A stretch of DNA of 64,000 nucleotides from an uncultured Chlamydiales bacterium (GCA_963700985.1 OY969554.1:1792001-1856000), one strand, 5' to 3'. Shown: positions 28,459 to 43,273, numbered from the stretch's first letter. Translations and numbers: made by a program. Notes: generated from the sequence alone by a model not told the origin.

Positions 28459-29415
28459 ATGTTAAAAAATCTTTTTCGCGAACAGCGCAGTTACTTAAAT
28501 GCTTTCTTCGAGCAGATCGATGTCGAAAGAGCCGAAGCTTTTCTAAAAGCCTGCCTCGAGTGTAAGGGGCTAATCGTATTTAGTGGCGTGGGCAAAAGTG
28601 GGATCATCGCTGAGAAGATTGCAACCACCATGGTTTCAACCGGCACCAAAGCGCTCAATCTTCCACCGACTAACTTCTTGCATGGAGATCTCGGTGTGAT
28701 GACTTCCGAAGACCTTCTGGTGCTTATCAGTAAAAGCGGGGAAACAGAAGAGCTGCTCACCCTTTTGCCTTTTGCAAGAAGACGCAAAGTGCGTGTGCTC
28801 ACGATTGTTTCAAATCCGCAAAGCCGTTTAGCCAAAGAAGCAGACCTCAGCATCTCTTTACCGGTTGAAAAAGAACTCTGCCCGTTTGATCTCGCTCCTA
28901 CAACTTCAACCGAGGTTCAGCTGATCTTTGGTGATGCACTTGCAATTGCGATGATGAAAGCCAAGGGCTTTTCTCTCAGTGAGTATGCACTTAATCATCC
29001 CTCTGGAAGCATCGGCAAGAAGATTACTTTATCGGTTTCAGATATTATGCTACGTAAAGAGGGAGTGCCTTTTTGTAGTCCGCATGATCGGCTGGTCGAT
29101 GTTCTGGTCGAGCTCTCGAATAAAAAATGTGGATGCCTAATTGTCGCAGACGAAAAACAGAAATTATTGGGCATATTTACAGACGGTGATTTAAGACGGG
29201 CCTTGCAAAATCAGGGGGCAGGTGTGTTAGAAAAGAAAATGGAGAACTTGATGACCGCATCGGCCATCTCGGTTCCCCAAGACATACTTGCGTGGGAGGC
29301 CATGAAAATTATGCAGAAAGACCCAAAAAGGTGGGTGATGGTCGTTCCCGTGATAAACGATGAAAAAGTCGTAGGAATGGTGCGTATGCATGATATAGTT
29401 CAGGCAGGGCTTTGA
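28459..29415 (+). CDS. kdsD: Arabinose-5-phosphate isomerase (KdsD/KpsF/GutQ; SIS plus two CBS domains)
   Basis: GVGKSG, HGDLG, SKSGET, LAPTTST, HPSGSIG, GIFTDGDLRR. Confidence 0.94.
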   Translation: MLKNLFREQRSYLNAFFEQIDVERAEAFLKACLECKGLIVFSGVGKSGIIAEKIATTMVSTGTKALNLPPTNFLHGDLGVMTSEDLLVLISKSGETEELLTLLPFARRRKVRVLTIVSNPQSRLAKEADLSISLPVEKELCPFDLAPTTSTEVQLIFGDALAIAMMKAKGFSLSEYALNHPSGSIGKKITLSVSDIMLRKEGVPFCSPHDRLVDVLVELSNKKCGCLIVADEKQKLLGIFTDGDLRRALQNQGAGVLEKKMENLMTASAISVPQDILAWEAMKIMQKDPKRWVMVVPVINDEKVVGMVRMHDIVQAGL

Positions 29416-30089
29416 TGGAATGGAAAACAGCTACACTTCTACTCATCTTAGCTAGCGTTCTCACCACATCTTTCTACATCAGAAAGGTGCCACGAGATTT
29501 GATCTACTTTATTGGAGGTGCATTGACCTTGTTGGTGGGCATCACACCCGCCAAAGAATTCATGCTAAACTTGACTTATGCTCCCACTCTGGCTCTCCTT
29601 TTCCTTTTCATGCTTCTGACTATTCTGAAAGAGCCTCTTTTCGATCGTTCCATTCCGCTAAAAACTCCCAAAGACTTTATCAACCTGCTTCCTGAAGGCT
29701 TGTGGACCGCCGCGCTAGCTGGGTTTTTCTTTATGGCCGCGTTTAAGCAGACCACTCTGCCCACGCAAGCCGGAAGTGTGCTCTTTTGGCTGATGGGCGA
29801 AAACCCTTTCTTTATCGTGGCCTTTTTAATGGTTGCGATCTATTTACTTGCTCATGTTCTTCCTCCCGCTTTCGTACTAGTGGCAATCCTTCCATTTGTA
29901 CAGGCAACATTACGCTTATCAATGCCGCTAGGAGATGTCACAATTGCAACATCGAGCGTTGTGCTCTTCGCCGTATTTTTCGCTTCGCTTTATATAAAAT
30001 CACGCCAGCGCGTCAAAGTGAAAGTGCGCGCACCATTGCTTATTCTCTTTTTTCTCATTTGCAGCTTTCTGATTCCGCAATTTTTATGA
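29412..30089 (+). CDS. Hypothetical integral membrane protein
   Basis: Several hydrophobic helices; overlaps the kdsD stop. Confidence 0.65.
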   Translation: MMEWKTATLLLILASVLTTSFYIRKVPRDLIYFIGGALTLLVGITPAKEFMLNLTYAPTLALLFLFMLLTILKEPLFDRSIPLKTPKDFINLLPEGLWTAALAGFFFMAAFKQTTLPTQAGSVLFWLMGENPFFIVAFLMVAIYLLAHVLPPAFVLVAILPFVQATLRLSMPLGDVTIATSSVVLFAVFFASLYIKSRQRVKVKVRAPLLILFFLICSFLIPQFL

Positions 30090-30176
30090 ATAAACCCGGA
30101 TAAAGATTCTGAATGAGATTTTAGACTGGTTCGAGGTGGGTTTTGAGGCGCTGACTTAAAAGAAACAAACTAGAGG

Positions 30177-31454
30177 TTGTCTATGGAACTCGCAGGAATC
30201 CCATTACTCTTACTGGTAGGCACCTTCGCTATTGGTTATTTGCTCATCATTCTCGAGCACTATATCAAGATTAACAAAACAGCCGTGGCCCTTATGCTCG
30301 CCGTGCTGTGTTGGATGATCTTTTCTGCCACGACATCAGTTTCGCCGCTCGAACTATTAAATCAGCTCACCGTCCACATATCGAAGGCTTCACAAATCAT
30401 CTTTTTTCTGCTCGGTGCCATGATGCTTGTGGAGGTCATCGATTCGCATAAAGGATTTAAGATTGTCACGGATTCGATTTACAGTCCTTCCAAGAGAACC
30501 ATGCTTTGGACGATTGCGCTTTTTTCCTTTTTTCTCTCAGCCATTCTCGACAACTTAACCACTACAATTTTGATGATTTCGCTTCTGCGCAAAATGATTC
30601 CTCGATTTGAGGAGAGAATCTTGCCTGCTTGCCTTATCGTCGTTGCCGCAAATGCTGGCGGAGCTTGGACGCCTATCGGAGATGTCACCACCACAATGCT
30701 CTGGATTGAAGGCCAGATCTCTACGCTTGCGATTATGAAGGCGCTATTTGTTCCAAGTATTGTTTCGCTACTTGTGCCATTGGTGATTTTCACATTTTTC
30801 GTGAAAGGAAAATTTTCAAAAAAAGTGGAGTTGGAAGGATCCAAAGAAGAGCCCGGCGGCCGCGTCATTTTCTATCTAGGCGTTTGCGCCATGATCTTTG
30901 TGCCAGTTTTTAAGGCTTTGACAGGCCTACCTCCATTTATGGGGATGTTAATTTCTCTTTCAGTCCTCTGGCTAGTGACCGATTTAATGCATTATAAGCA
31001 TGAAGGCCGCTCCCATTTACGCGTTCCCTCTATCATTACCAAAGTCGATATCGCCAGTGTACTTTTCTTTTTAGGGATCCTTTTGGCGATGAATTCGCTT
31101 GAGTCAGCGGGCGTTTTAGATCGGATATCCCACTACTTAAGTGGAGTTATCCATAGCGAATCAGCGCTTGCCACCCTGATTGGGATCGCATCCGCTTTAA
31201 TCGATAACGTCCCCCTAGTCGCAGCTACAATGGGGATGTACCCTCTTTCTCAATATCCAGCCGACTCCGCCCTTTGGCATATGATCGCTTATGCCGCAGG
31301 AACAGGAGGAAGTCTTTTGATCATAGGATCTTCTTCAGGGATCGCCCTCATGGGGATGGAAAAGATCGACTTCTTTACCTACCTAAAAAAGGCCACTTTA
31401 CCGGTCCTAATCGGCTACTTAGCCGGCATGGGTTGCTATCTTTTGATAAATTAA
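30177..31454 (+). CDS. nhaD: Na+/H+ antiporter, NhaD family
   Basis: SAILDNLTT, AANAGGAWTPIGDVTTTMLW, IDNVPLVAA, GTGGSLLIIGS. Confidence 0.93.
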   Translation: MSMELAGIPLLLLVGTFAIGYLLIILEHYIKINKTAVALMLAVLCWMIFSATTSVSPLELLNQLTVHISKASQIIFFLLGAMMLVEVIDSHKGFKIVTDSIYSPSKRTMLWTIALFSFFLSAILDNLTTTILMISLLRKMIPRFEERILPACLIVVAANAGGAWTPIGDVTTTMLWIEGQISTLAIMKALFVPSIVSLLVPLVIFTFFVKGKFSKKVELEGSKEEPGGRVIFYLGVCAMIFVPVFKALTGLPPFMGMLISLSVLWLVTDLMHYKHEGRSHLRVPSIITKVDIASVLFFLGILLAMNSLESAGVLDRISHYLSGVIHSESALATLIGIASALIDNVPLVAATMGMYPLSQYPADSALWHMIAYAAGTGGSLLIIGSSSGIALMGMEKIDFFTYLKKATLPVLIGYLAGMGCYLLIN

Positions 31455-31608
31455 TAAAATCGAGTTTCCATAGAGGAAAATACGATTTTTTTTTGGTCTT
31501 TCTCAAAAGTCGTTGCACAAAAAGATCGCCATTTTGTATGTTGTTGGCTTCCTTGAATGTTTTACGCATTCTAAGTGAACAGTGCGGCCCGATAGAGCTG
31601 TATAAGAT

Positions 31609-31654
31609 GTTTTGACAGTGGAGTAGAAGTGACGTGCAAGTGTAAGAAGCTTGT
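31609..31654 (+). other. 5' strand of the pre-16S processing stem (pairs with 33334-33380)
   Basis: GTTTTGACAG...GAAGTGACGTG...AGAAGCTTGT is complementary to ACAAGCTTCT...CACGTCACTTC...CTGTCAAAAC. Confidence 0.75.
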
Positions 31655-31743
31655 GCAAATGGGGTAATTTATTACCCCATAGCCTGTCAAATTATATATA
31701 GAAAGAGGCTGCTAAGGCAGCCTCAAATCTGAGATTAAATTTT

Positions 31744-33295
<1,552 letters not shown>

Positions 33296-33751
33296 AAGAG
33301 ATCGTAGGTTTACCTACATTTTCTAAGGTTGAGACAAGCTTCTCTCCCTCTCCACGTCACTTCCCTTCTGCTGTCAAAACAACAGATACAAAATCTGAAA
33401 GTTGAATGATGAAGAATGAATTTATTTCATACTTCTGACTTCTTCCTTCACGTTTTGTTTCGCTATCTCGAAAGATTGATAATGAGAATCAGAGAAGAGA
33501 ATCCTATTAAGGGTTTTGTTTCTTCGCAAGAAGAGCAATTCCCGCGGACCTAAGATATGATAGGTCCGAAACAAGCGTAAATATGAGCATCAAATTGCTA
33601 CAAACGGCGCTTGAGGAGAAGTACTTCACACATTTGTGTAAATAGGTGTTAGGAATGGCGTAAGCAAATAAGTAGACTGAATAGCGACCTATATCTCTTA
33701 TGAGACTAGGAAGCGTTCAGAAAGCTCAAATTAGTAGCGTATAAAGTTAAG

Positions 33752-36699
<2,948 letters not shown>

Positions 36700-36868
36700 T
36701 TTTTTTCTTTATATCGCTGGCTTTTCTCCTAATTTTAGGAGAATCGCCAGTGATTAACGCGTCAGACCTAACACCCTTGCAAAAGTGGGTGGAGGAAATC
36801 TCTTTCAAGCGCCTTTTATAGCAATTAAATGCTCCGCTGTTTTAGTAGGAAACAAAATATCTCGATTC

Positions 36869-36986
36869 ATCTTGGTGACCATAGAGAAGGGGAAATACCT
36901 GATCCCATCCCGAACTCAGAAGTCAAGACCTTCATCGCCGATGGTACTGCACACAAGAGTGTGGAAGAGTAGGACGTCGCCAAGAT
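36869..36986 (+). rRNA. rrf: 5S rRNA
   Basis: Terminal helix ATCTTGG/CCAAGAT, CCTGATCCCATCCCGAACTCAGAAG, GCCGATGGTACT. Confidence 0.97.
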
Positions 36987-36996
36987 TTTTACTTAC

Positions 36997-37033
36997 AACC
37001 CTAGTAGCTGAAAAGTTACTAGGGTTTTTTTTT
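36997..37033 (+). terminator. Rho-independent terminator of the rRNA operon
   Basis: AACCCTAGTAGC-TGAAAA-GTTACTAGGGTT followed by a T run. Confidence 0.85.
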
Positions 37034-37060
37034 GCTCGCTTGCAGCTGATGAATTCTTAT

Positions 37061-37217
37061 ATGGAGTGCGTGCGACTTGTCGCCGCTTTCATAGACATCG
37101 ACTTGTCGATGCCCAGTTGAGAGTCAATATTTGAAGCTTGTTTGTAATAAACTTGGCGTAAAAAAACATGATAAGTAGCACCTTTCGAAGAGCATCGACA
37201 AGTCGATGTCTATGAAA
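37061..37217. repeat. REP/REPIN-like nested palindromic element
   Basis: 26-bp perfect inverted repeat at 37087-37112 and 37192-37217, each arm itself palindromic (CATCGAC-TT-GTCGATG); preceded by GGAGTGCGTGCGACTTGTCGCCGCTTT. Confidence 0.8.
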
Positions 37218-37319
37218 ATGGAAAAGCCGAAATGAAAAACGACCAAAAGGACCTTAAGAACATCAACGACAATAAGAACAAGAAAATCTTTTTATTGTCC
37301 TTTGTGTCCTTTTGAACGC

Positions 37320-38042
37320 TTATATGTGTTGTCTGTATAGCGTTCTGATCCTCTCGTCTGTGGCCCATTCCAATCTGTCGGAGTTGATGAGCGTCCAAAT
37401 GGTGTTGCCCTCTTCCTGGTCAGTGATTTCTTTATTTTGAGCACGGACAAAATAAGATCTCACCGTTTGTGCAGAGAGTTCAGCATAACCTGCGAAGTCA
37501 GGAAAAATTGCGGCTCGTGTCTTAGTTGCTAAGTGCAGATTAAGGTTTTTCCAGTCATGCTTACCTGGATTCTGAGCTACAGGTGCAGCATCGCTACATC
37601 TAAGAAAGAGAGCTGCACTTAAGGCGTGAGGATAGAGCGTATTAATTGCCTGCCAATCGTTATGGGCAAAGTAAGGACGTATTTGGTGGGCAAGTGCTAC
37701 TAATTCTTTTCCTGTTGAAGGTATCATTGCCACTCGTCCTTCCGAGTTATGGTAAAACCCTTCTTCACGTAGGAGCATGATTCCATCGCACAGGTGCCAG
37801 TTAAAGATAGCCATAAACAGAGTGGAGATGGTGCGAGCGATAAGTGTCCACGAAGGGAGTTCGCAGTGCGTTATGTGCTGCCAGAGTTCGTGTAGTGGCC
37901 TAGTTACTACAATCGTGCCCGCTTCAAATCTTGCAAGAGGTGGAGGTGGCGGAAGTGGTTGCGGTTTAAGAGATGGTAAAGGAGGTGGTGGAGGATAGAT
38001 ACCAGGTGTTCTTTGCGCTGGTGCTGCTGCTTGTGTTGTCAT
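37320..38042 (-). CDS. Hypothetical protein, tandem family P copy 4 (Pro-rich N-terminus)
   Basis: Shared motifs RPLHELW..I..CELPSW.LIAR.ISTLF, HLCDGI.L.R.EG.YH, SAQT.RSYF, ITD.EEGNT. Confidence 0.8.
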   Translation of the reverse strand: MTTQAAAPAQRTPGIYPPPPPLPSLKPQPLPPPPPLARFEAGTIVVTRPLHELWQHITHCELPSWTLIARTISTLFMAIFNWHLCDGIMLLREEGFYHNSEGRVAMIPSTGKELVALAHQIRPYFAHNDWQAINTLYPHALSAALFLRCSDAAPVAQNPGKHDWKNLNLHLATKTRAAIFPDFAGYAELSAQTVRSYFVRAQNKEITDQEEGNTIWTLINSDRLEWATDERIRTLYRQHI

Positions 38043-38140
38043 GTTTTTACTCTCGAGTAGATAATCGACAGTAGATTCTATGCTGTTTACTATTTTTAAT
38101 GTTTAAATCTATTTTTGAGTCTTTTGAAGCGGCAAATGAA

Positions 38141-38186
38141 TCTTGGTTGGAGCGCATACGATAAATCGCACGCGCTCCAACCAAGA
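38141..38186. repeat. Long hairpin (REP-like or terminator) between family P genes
   Basis: TCTTGGTTGGAGCGC...GCGCTCCAACCAAGA, 15-bp perfect stem that extends with G-U pairs on the minus strand. Confidence 0.7.
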
Positions 38187-38220
38187 AGGGAGATTTAAAA
38201 AGAAAAAGAATTCTCTGTTA

Positions 38221-38976
38221 TCAGTGTTTTAAGTACAGCGATTTGATAGCTTCTTCTTCGGCCACTTCCAATCGATCAGACTGGAGGAGCGTCCATAGGG
38301 TATTGCCCTCTTCACGGTCTGTGATATCTTGATGATAGACGCTGGCAAAGTAAGATCTTAGAGTTTGCGCAGAAATTTCCGGATATTTATCAAAGCTTGG
38401 AATAGCTACTGTTTGTGTCTCGCTGTCTGATTTCAGAATGAGATTTTTCATGTCATGCTTGGCAGGATTCTGCGTCACAGGAGTATTATCTCTACATCTG
38501 AGACAGAGTGCTGCGTTAGTGATATATGGGTACTGCAACAGAAGAGCATCCAAGTCCCCTCGATGGTATACAGAACCGTTGGTAGGTGGCTCGAGTGGGA
38601 AGAGCTCTGCTTCCACGCAGTAAGGGCGTATTACATTAGTTAAATCATCCATTTGTCTTCCCGTGAAGGGTATCGTTGCGACTGCTCCATCAAAGCTATG
38701 ATAAACCCCTTCACCTCGTATGAGCATGATTCCATCGCAAAGATGCCATCTAAAAATAGCCATAAACAGGGTAGAGATTGCACGCGCAATGAGTGTCCAA
38801 GAAGGGAGCTCGCAATCCGCAATATGAGCCCAGAGCTCATGCAGTGGCCGAGTAAAAACAATCGTGCCTTCTTTAAATTGACGAACGGTTTCTGGTTGCT
38901 GTTGCGGGAGTGGAGGTTGTGCGTAACGGTCTGATCCGCCGTGAGTTCCGCCTGTTGCTAAAGGTAATAGAGCCAT
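38221..38976 (-). CDS. Hypothetical protein, tandem family P copy 3
   Basis: Same family motifs. Confidence 0.8.
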   Translation of the reverse strand: MALLPLATGGTHGGSDRYAQPPLPQQQPETVRQFKEGTIVFTRPLHELWAHIADCELPSWTLIARAISTLFMAIFRWHLCDGIMLIRGEGVYHSFDGAVATIPFTGRQMDDLTNVIRPYCVEAELFPLEPPTNGSVYHRGDLDALLLQYPYITNAALCLRCRDNTPVTQNPAKHDMKNLILKSDSETQTVAIPSFDKYPEISAQTLRSYFASVYHQDITDREEGNTLWTLLQSDRLEVAEEEAIKSLYLKH

Positions 38977-39113
38977 ATTTGTTCCCTCAATTCATTATTA
39001 TTACCGATAATTATAGCAGCTTTATTAATTTTAATGATAATAATTAATAATTTATGTGATTTATATAAAATTACTTTGAAAAATGACTATTCCCTTAGAC
39101 TTCCATACAGTCT

Positions 39114-39836
39114 CTAAGAGTACATTGCGAAGGCAGTCTGCATATCGATTTGTTCTAATCGCTCTGAATAAACTAGGGATGCAAGAGTATTGCCCTCTTC
39201 GCGATCTGTGATCGCTCGGCCGTAGGCATTTGCGAAGTAGGATCTGATGGTTTGCGCTGAAATTTCCGGATATTTATCAAAGTTGGGAATAGCTGAAATG
39301 GAGGGTTTTCGGCCTTCTTCTGCGAAGTTAATCTCTTTCCATTCATGATCCCATGGGATTGGCAACTTGCGCGCTTCTCTTGTACATCGGAGATAGCATG
39401 CGGCAACAAGTATGCGAGGATATTGTTCTTCAATGATTAAAGTATCTCCGCCTGTATAGTAAGGCGCTACCCTGTCAATAGATTGATGATGTGCTCTACC
39501 TGTGGCTGTTACCATTTCAATTCTTCCATTAAAGCTGTGATACAAGCCTTCGGCACGCATGAGGAGGATGCCATCGCAAAGATGCCACGTAAATAGGGCC
39601 AAAAATAGTGTGGAAATAGCACGGGCAATGAGCTGGAATGAAGGAAGTTCGCAGTTCGTGATGTGCTGCCAGAGTTCATGCAAAGGCTGCGAAAGTATAA
39701 TCGTTCCTTCTTCAAACTTTGTAACGGTTAGTGGTTCACGATGTGGTGGAGGGTAGCCATTGGCTGATAGAGGTGGGTAGGAATTGTAGGGGTCAGCCCC
39801 ATGTCCTCCTGATCTGCCTAAAGTTACTGTGGCCAT
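39114..39836 (-). CDS. Hypothetical protein, tandem family P copy 2
   Basis: Same family motifs. Confidence 0.8.
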   Translation of the reverse strand: MATVTLGRSGGHGADPYNSYPPLSANGYPPPHREPLTVTKFEEGTIILSQPLHELWQHITNCELPSFQLIARAISTLFLALFTWHLCDGILLMRAEGLYHSFNGRIEMVTATGRAHHQSIDRVAPYYTGGDTLIIEEQYPRILVAACYLRCTREARKLPIPWDHEWKEINFAEEGRKPSISAIPNFDKYPEISAQTIRSYFANAYGRAITDREEGNTLASLVYSERLEQIDMQTAFAMYS

Positions 39837-39920
39837 AGATTGTGCTCCAAATTTTAAATTGGGGGACTAAAAAATACGCTGTGATTTTGTTCACTACGTC
39901 CACTTTCCGTCCATCGCTTC

Positions 39921-40568
39921 CTAGGAGTATAGCGCATGGACTCTTTGCACATCTATGATCTGTAATCTATCAGAGTAGATTAAAGTTGCTAAAGTATTGT
40001 CCACTTCGCGATCTGTGATCGCGAGATCATAGGCATTTGCAAAATATGCTCTCATTGTTTGTGCAGAAATCTCTGCACAACGTGAAAAGTCAGGAATGCT
40101 TACGATTGTGTTAGGCGGTGCTTTATCTGAAACTAGATCTAAACGTTCTTTCATCTTATATCCTTCCGAGCTTTGCGGAGAGGGAGTCTCTTTTTTGCAG
40201 CTTAGATATAGAGCTGCCTCCATGAGATGAGGGTAGCTTGCATTAAATTCTACGCCATCTTCCAATCTATAAAAAGGAAACTTGAATTCGTTTTGGGAGT
40301 CGTTATGTCTGCCTGTGGCAGGCATCTCTTCGATTTTTCCGTGAAAGCTATGGTAGATGGCTTCGGGCCGCAGAAGTAAGATGCCATCGCAGAAATGCCC
40401 TCTAAATAGAGCTAGGAAGAGCGTAGAAATTGCGCGTGCGATTAACTGCCAAGAAGGGAGTTCACAATTCTGAACATGCAACCAGAGTTCATGTAAGGGG
40501 CGCGATAAAACTAATGTGCCTGGATCGGGGAGTTCAATATAATTTTTAGTTACAGCTGGAATTGTCAT
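39921..40568 (-). CDS. Hypothetical protein, tandem family P copy 1
   Basis: Same family motifs, short N-terminus. Confidence 0.8.
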   Translation of the reverse strand: MTIPAVTKNYIELPDPGTLVLSRPLHELWLHVQNCELPSWQLIARAISTLFLALFRGHFCDGILLLRPEAIYHSFHGKIEEMPATGRHNDSQNEFKFPFYRLEDGVEFNASYPHLMEAALYLSCKKETPSPQSSEGYKMKERLDLVSDKAPPNTIVSIPDFSRCAEISAQTMRAYFANAYDLAITDREVDNTLATLIYSDRLQIIDVQRVHALYS

Positions 40569-40673
40569 ATGCTTTACTCCTAAATTTTTTAGAAGTAATA
40601 GCTTATATTTGTCAGTGTTTTAATTAAATATGTTAAATAATTTTGATGGGGTCTGAGACAGTGTCCGTAAAAT

Positions 40674-40711
40674 AAAAAAGCCGCAGGGGTTGCCCCCTGC
40701 GGCTTCTTTTC
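40674..40711 (-). terminator. Rho-independent terminator after the RRM gene
   Basis: AAGCCGCAGGGG-TTGC-CCCCTGCGGCTT with A/T runs on both sides. Confidence 0.85.
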
Positions 40712-40730
40712 ATTCACGCGTTAGCGAGAA

Positions 40731-41105
40731 TTACTCTCGGGAAAAGCGATCTTGTCTTCGTCCTTCGCCAGACCAGCTGCCACGACGCTCTCTGCGCTCG
40801 CCGCCACCGCCGCCGCCACCACCACCGAAAGAACGCTCTCTTTTTTGCTCAGGGCGTGCTTCGTTGACGATAAGTGTACGACCGTTCAACTTCATGCCGT
40901 TGATAGCTTCGATGGCTTTTTGTGCTTCATCGCCATCTGCCATTTCAACGAAACCGAAGCCTTTAGATTGGCCCGTAAATTTGTCTGTGATGATACGGAC
41001 TGACTCAATCTTTCCATAAGCGGAAAAGAGGTTGTGTAGCTCCTCTTCTGTAACGCTGTAAGGTAGGCTTCCGACATAAAGTTTCTTATTTGCTGCTTGA
41101 TTCAT
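40731..41105 (-). CDS. RRM RNA-binding protein with Gly/Arg tail
   Basis: RNP2 LYVGSL, RNP1 KGFGFVEM; start MNQAANKK with SD AAGGAG. Confidence 0.95.
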   Translation of the reverse strand: MNQAANKKLYVGSLPYSVTEEELHNLFSAYGKIESVRIITDKFTGQSKGFGFVEMADGDEAQKAIEAINGMKLNGRTLIVNEARPEQKRERSFGGGGGGGGGERRERRGSWSGEGRRQDRFSRE

Positions 41106-41551
41106 ACTAAAAAAAATCTCCTTAAGATCATAAATACATACTATACGAACCTGCCCAATTAATTTTGGCGCGGGCCCATACTTCAGGAGTTGACTCGGGA
41201 TTTCCAATCGGCGGGAACAAAAAACTTGAAACTGCTCGCTGGACAGAACTGCTTGATTTCCACTTAGGTGAAGAAGATCTAATCGTCGAGTTAAAGCTGC
41301 TTACATTATATAAGCCGCCTTTTCTCAGTGTCTTAGATGGGTTCTTTTTAACTAAATTAGCCATGAAGCTCGGTTCAAAAATACTCGGGATCAACAACGT
41401 TTTTAATTCTATCACACCGAGCTTTTGACTGTCTATGCATGAAAAAGCAGGTAAAGAGCTCTCTTTTTAAAGCATTCTAGATTAGATGCTTGCGTATTTG
41501 GTTTCTTAAAATACTAAAAAAATTTATCTACAGTAGGAGGAGCACTCGAAT

Positions 41552-42301
41552 ATGCAGATGAGAATTTTTGTTTTAACGCTATTGCTAGGTTTTTCCTTCA
41601 TCGGGAAAATCAGAGCGGCAGACGCAGGCTTTTTGCTGGTCGAGCAAGAGTTTGTAAAGTTTGGCAAAAAAGAGCTTTATGAGCAGCAGAAGAAGGAGTG
41701 GTTGCAAGCATTTACGCAATTCAGCGCAAAAAAAAATGCATCTTCTATTTGTGCGATTTACGATCAGGACGCTTCTCAATACCTCTATCTGATGCCGATG
41801 AAAAGTTATGCGGACATTGGCAGCTATTTCCAGCTTAGACAAGATTTCAGAAATTCTTTTTCTAAAGATGCAGAAACGAACCGCGCTCTTTTGACAGATA
41901 GCACGTTAAATTTTCGTGTGTTGTCTTTTCATCAAAACCTGCCGCGCTGCTCCTATGCTCCAGAAAATGGGCTGCAAGATTTTTTCGATAAGCCATTCTT
42001 GCATTATCACATATTTGGGATAGCTCCAGGAGATGAAGAACTTCTCGAAAAGCATCTCGAAGAGATGGTAAAGACGCACAAAAAGAATAAATCCACCGCG
42101 ACTTGGCGTGTCTGGAAAGTAATTTTTGGCTCTGACGTGCCGAAATATGTCGTGTGTGTATTTGACAAAACTCAAGAGGGTTTAGAAAAACAGGTTAAGA
42201 CTCTCACGTTTGTCGATCCGCGTATGCGCGAGATGTTGCGTCGAGACCGACAGGGCGATGTGGAAGTGCGAAGGGATCTTTCGCTTCCTTCGAATAAATA
42301 G
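41552..42301 (+). CDS. Hypothetical exported protein
   Basis: Signal-peptide-like N-terminus ending IRA-A; SD AGGAGG. Confidence 0.75.
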   Translation: MQMRIFVLTLLLGFSFIGKIRAADAGFLLVEQEFVKFGKKELYEQQKKEWLQAFTQFSAKKNASSICAIYDQDASQYLYLMPMKSYADIGSYFQLRQDFRNSFSKDAETNRALLTDSTLNFRVLSFHQNLPRCSYAPENGLQDFFDKPFLHYHIFGIAPGDEELLEKHLEEMVKTHKKNKSTATWRVWKVIFGSDVPKYVVCVFDKTQEGLEKQVKTLTFVDPRMREMLRRDRQGDVEVRRDLSLPSNK

Positions 42302-42310
42302 CTGAGGCAT

Positions 42311-43273
42311 ATGAGTCATCCCCATTTTTTACCCGATCACCATCGCTACATCGATCGTCTACCGCGGATTCCACTTGTGGGCGTGGCGCTCAAAGATAGA
42401 GATCCTCTCATCTGGTGTAAGTTAGAATTTCTCAATCCTAGCGGTTCGATCAAAGATCGGATTGCTCGCTTTATTATTGAAAAAGCTTGGCGTCAAGGGC
42501 ATGTGCAAAAAGGCAGCTTGGTCATCGAAGCTTCTTCGGGCTCGACTAGCATTGCACTCGCGTTAGCGTGTGCGCAGATGGGTATAAAATTCCTGACTGT
42601 GATGCCTGAGGGCGTAAGCTTAGAAAGGATACTCATGATCCGTGCTTTTGGTGGCGAAGTTGTTTTTTCGCCTAAGGAAGATGGCATGCGTGGCGCGATG
42701 TCCATGGCAGTTGAAATGGCTGAAAAACAAGGCGCCTTTTTTACACGCCAATTTGAAAACCCTGATAACGCCGAAACGCATCATCTCTGGACTGGGCAGG
42801 AAATTTTAGCGCAGATTCCCGGAGGGATTGTCGATGCGGTAGTAAGCGGTGTAGGCACAGGTGGCACAATCGTGGGTCTAAATCGCGCTTTTAAAGAGGC
42901 CGGCTGCACGAGCATACCAGTGGTTGCGATTCCTACTTCTCTAAGTGGAATTGCAGGGGCTGAATGTTCTAGTTTCAGCTGTCGCATTCCGGGTGTAGTG
43001 GACTCTTTGTCGAAGCTCTACGACAAAAAAAATATGCCTGATGCAATCGAAATTGAAGTGGAAGATACACTTGCTATCCAAACCACGCACGAACTGATCA
43101 ACGTGGGCTTTCCAGTAGGTCCAAGTTCAGGCCTCAATTATGCTGCCGCACGCATGGTGGCTGAAAAGTTTGGTAGAGATACACAAATAGTTACGGTTTT
43201 CCCAGATCGTATGGAAAAGTATTTTTCTACGGAACTCTTTGCGCCATTTAATGAGGGAGTTTCTAAAAGGTAA
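42311..43273 (+). CDS. PLP-dependent cysteine synthase family protein
   Basis: KLEFLNPSGSIKDR, EASSGST, GVGTGGT, GPSSG, FPDRMEKY. Confidence 0.92.
   Translation: MSHPHFLPDHHRYIDRLPRIPLVGVALKDRDPLIWCKLEFLNPSGSIKDRIARFIIEKAWRQGHVQKGSLVIEASSGSTSIALALACAQMGIKFLTVMPEGVSLERILMIRAFGGEVVFSPKEDGMRGAMSMAVEMAEKQGAFFTRQFENPDNAETHHLWTGQEILAQIPGGIVDAVVSGVGTGGTIVGLNRAFKEAGCTSIPVVAIPTSLSGIAGAECSSFSCRIPGVVDSLSKLYDKKNMPDAIEIEVEDTLAIQTTHELINVGFPVGPSSGLNYAAARMVAEKFGRDTQIVTVFPDRMEKYFSTELFAPFNEGVSKR

Noticed and set aside
33296-33751. tRNA genes in the 16S-23S spacer
   Set aside because: No cloverleaf or T-loop motif found.
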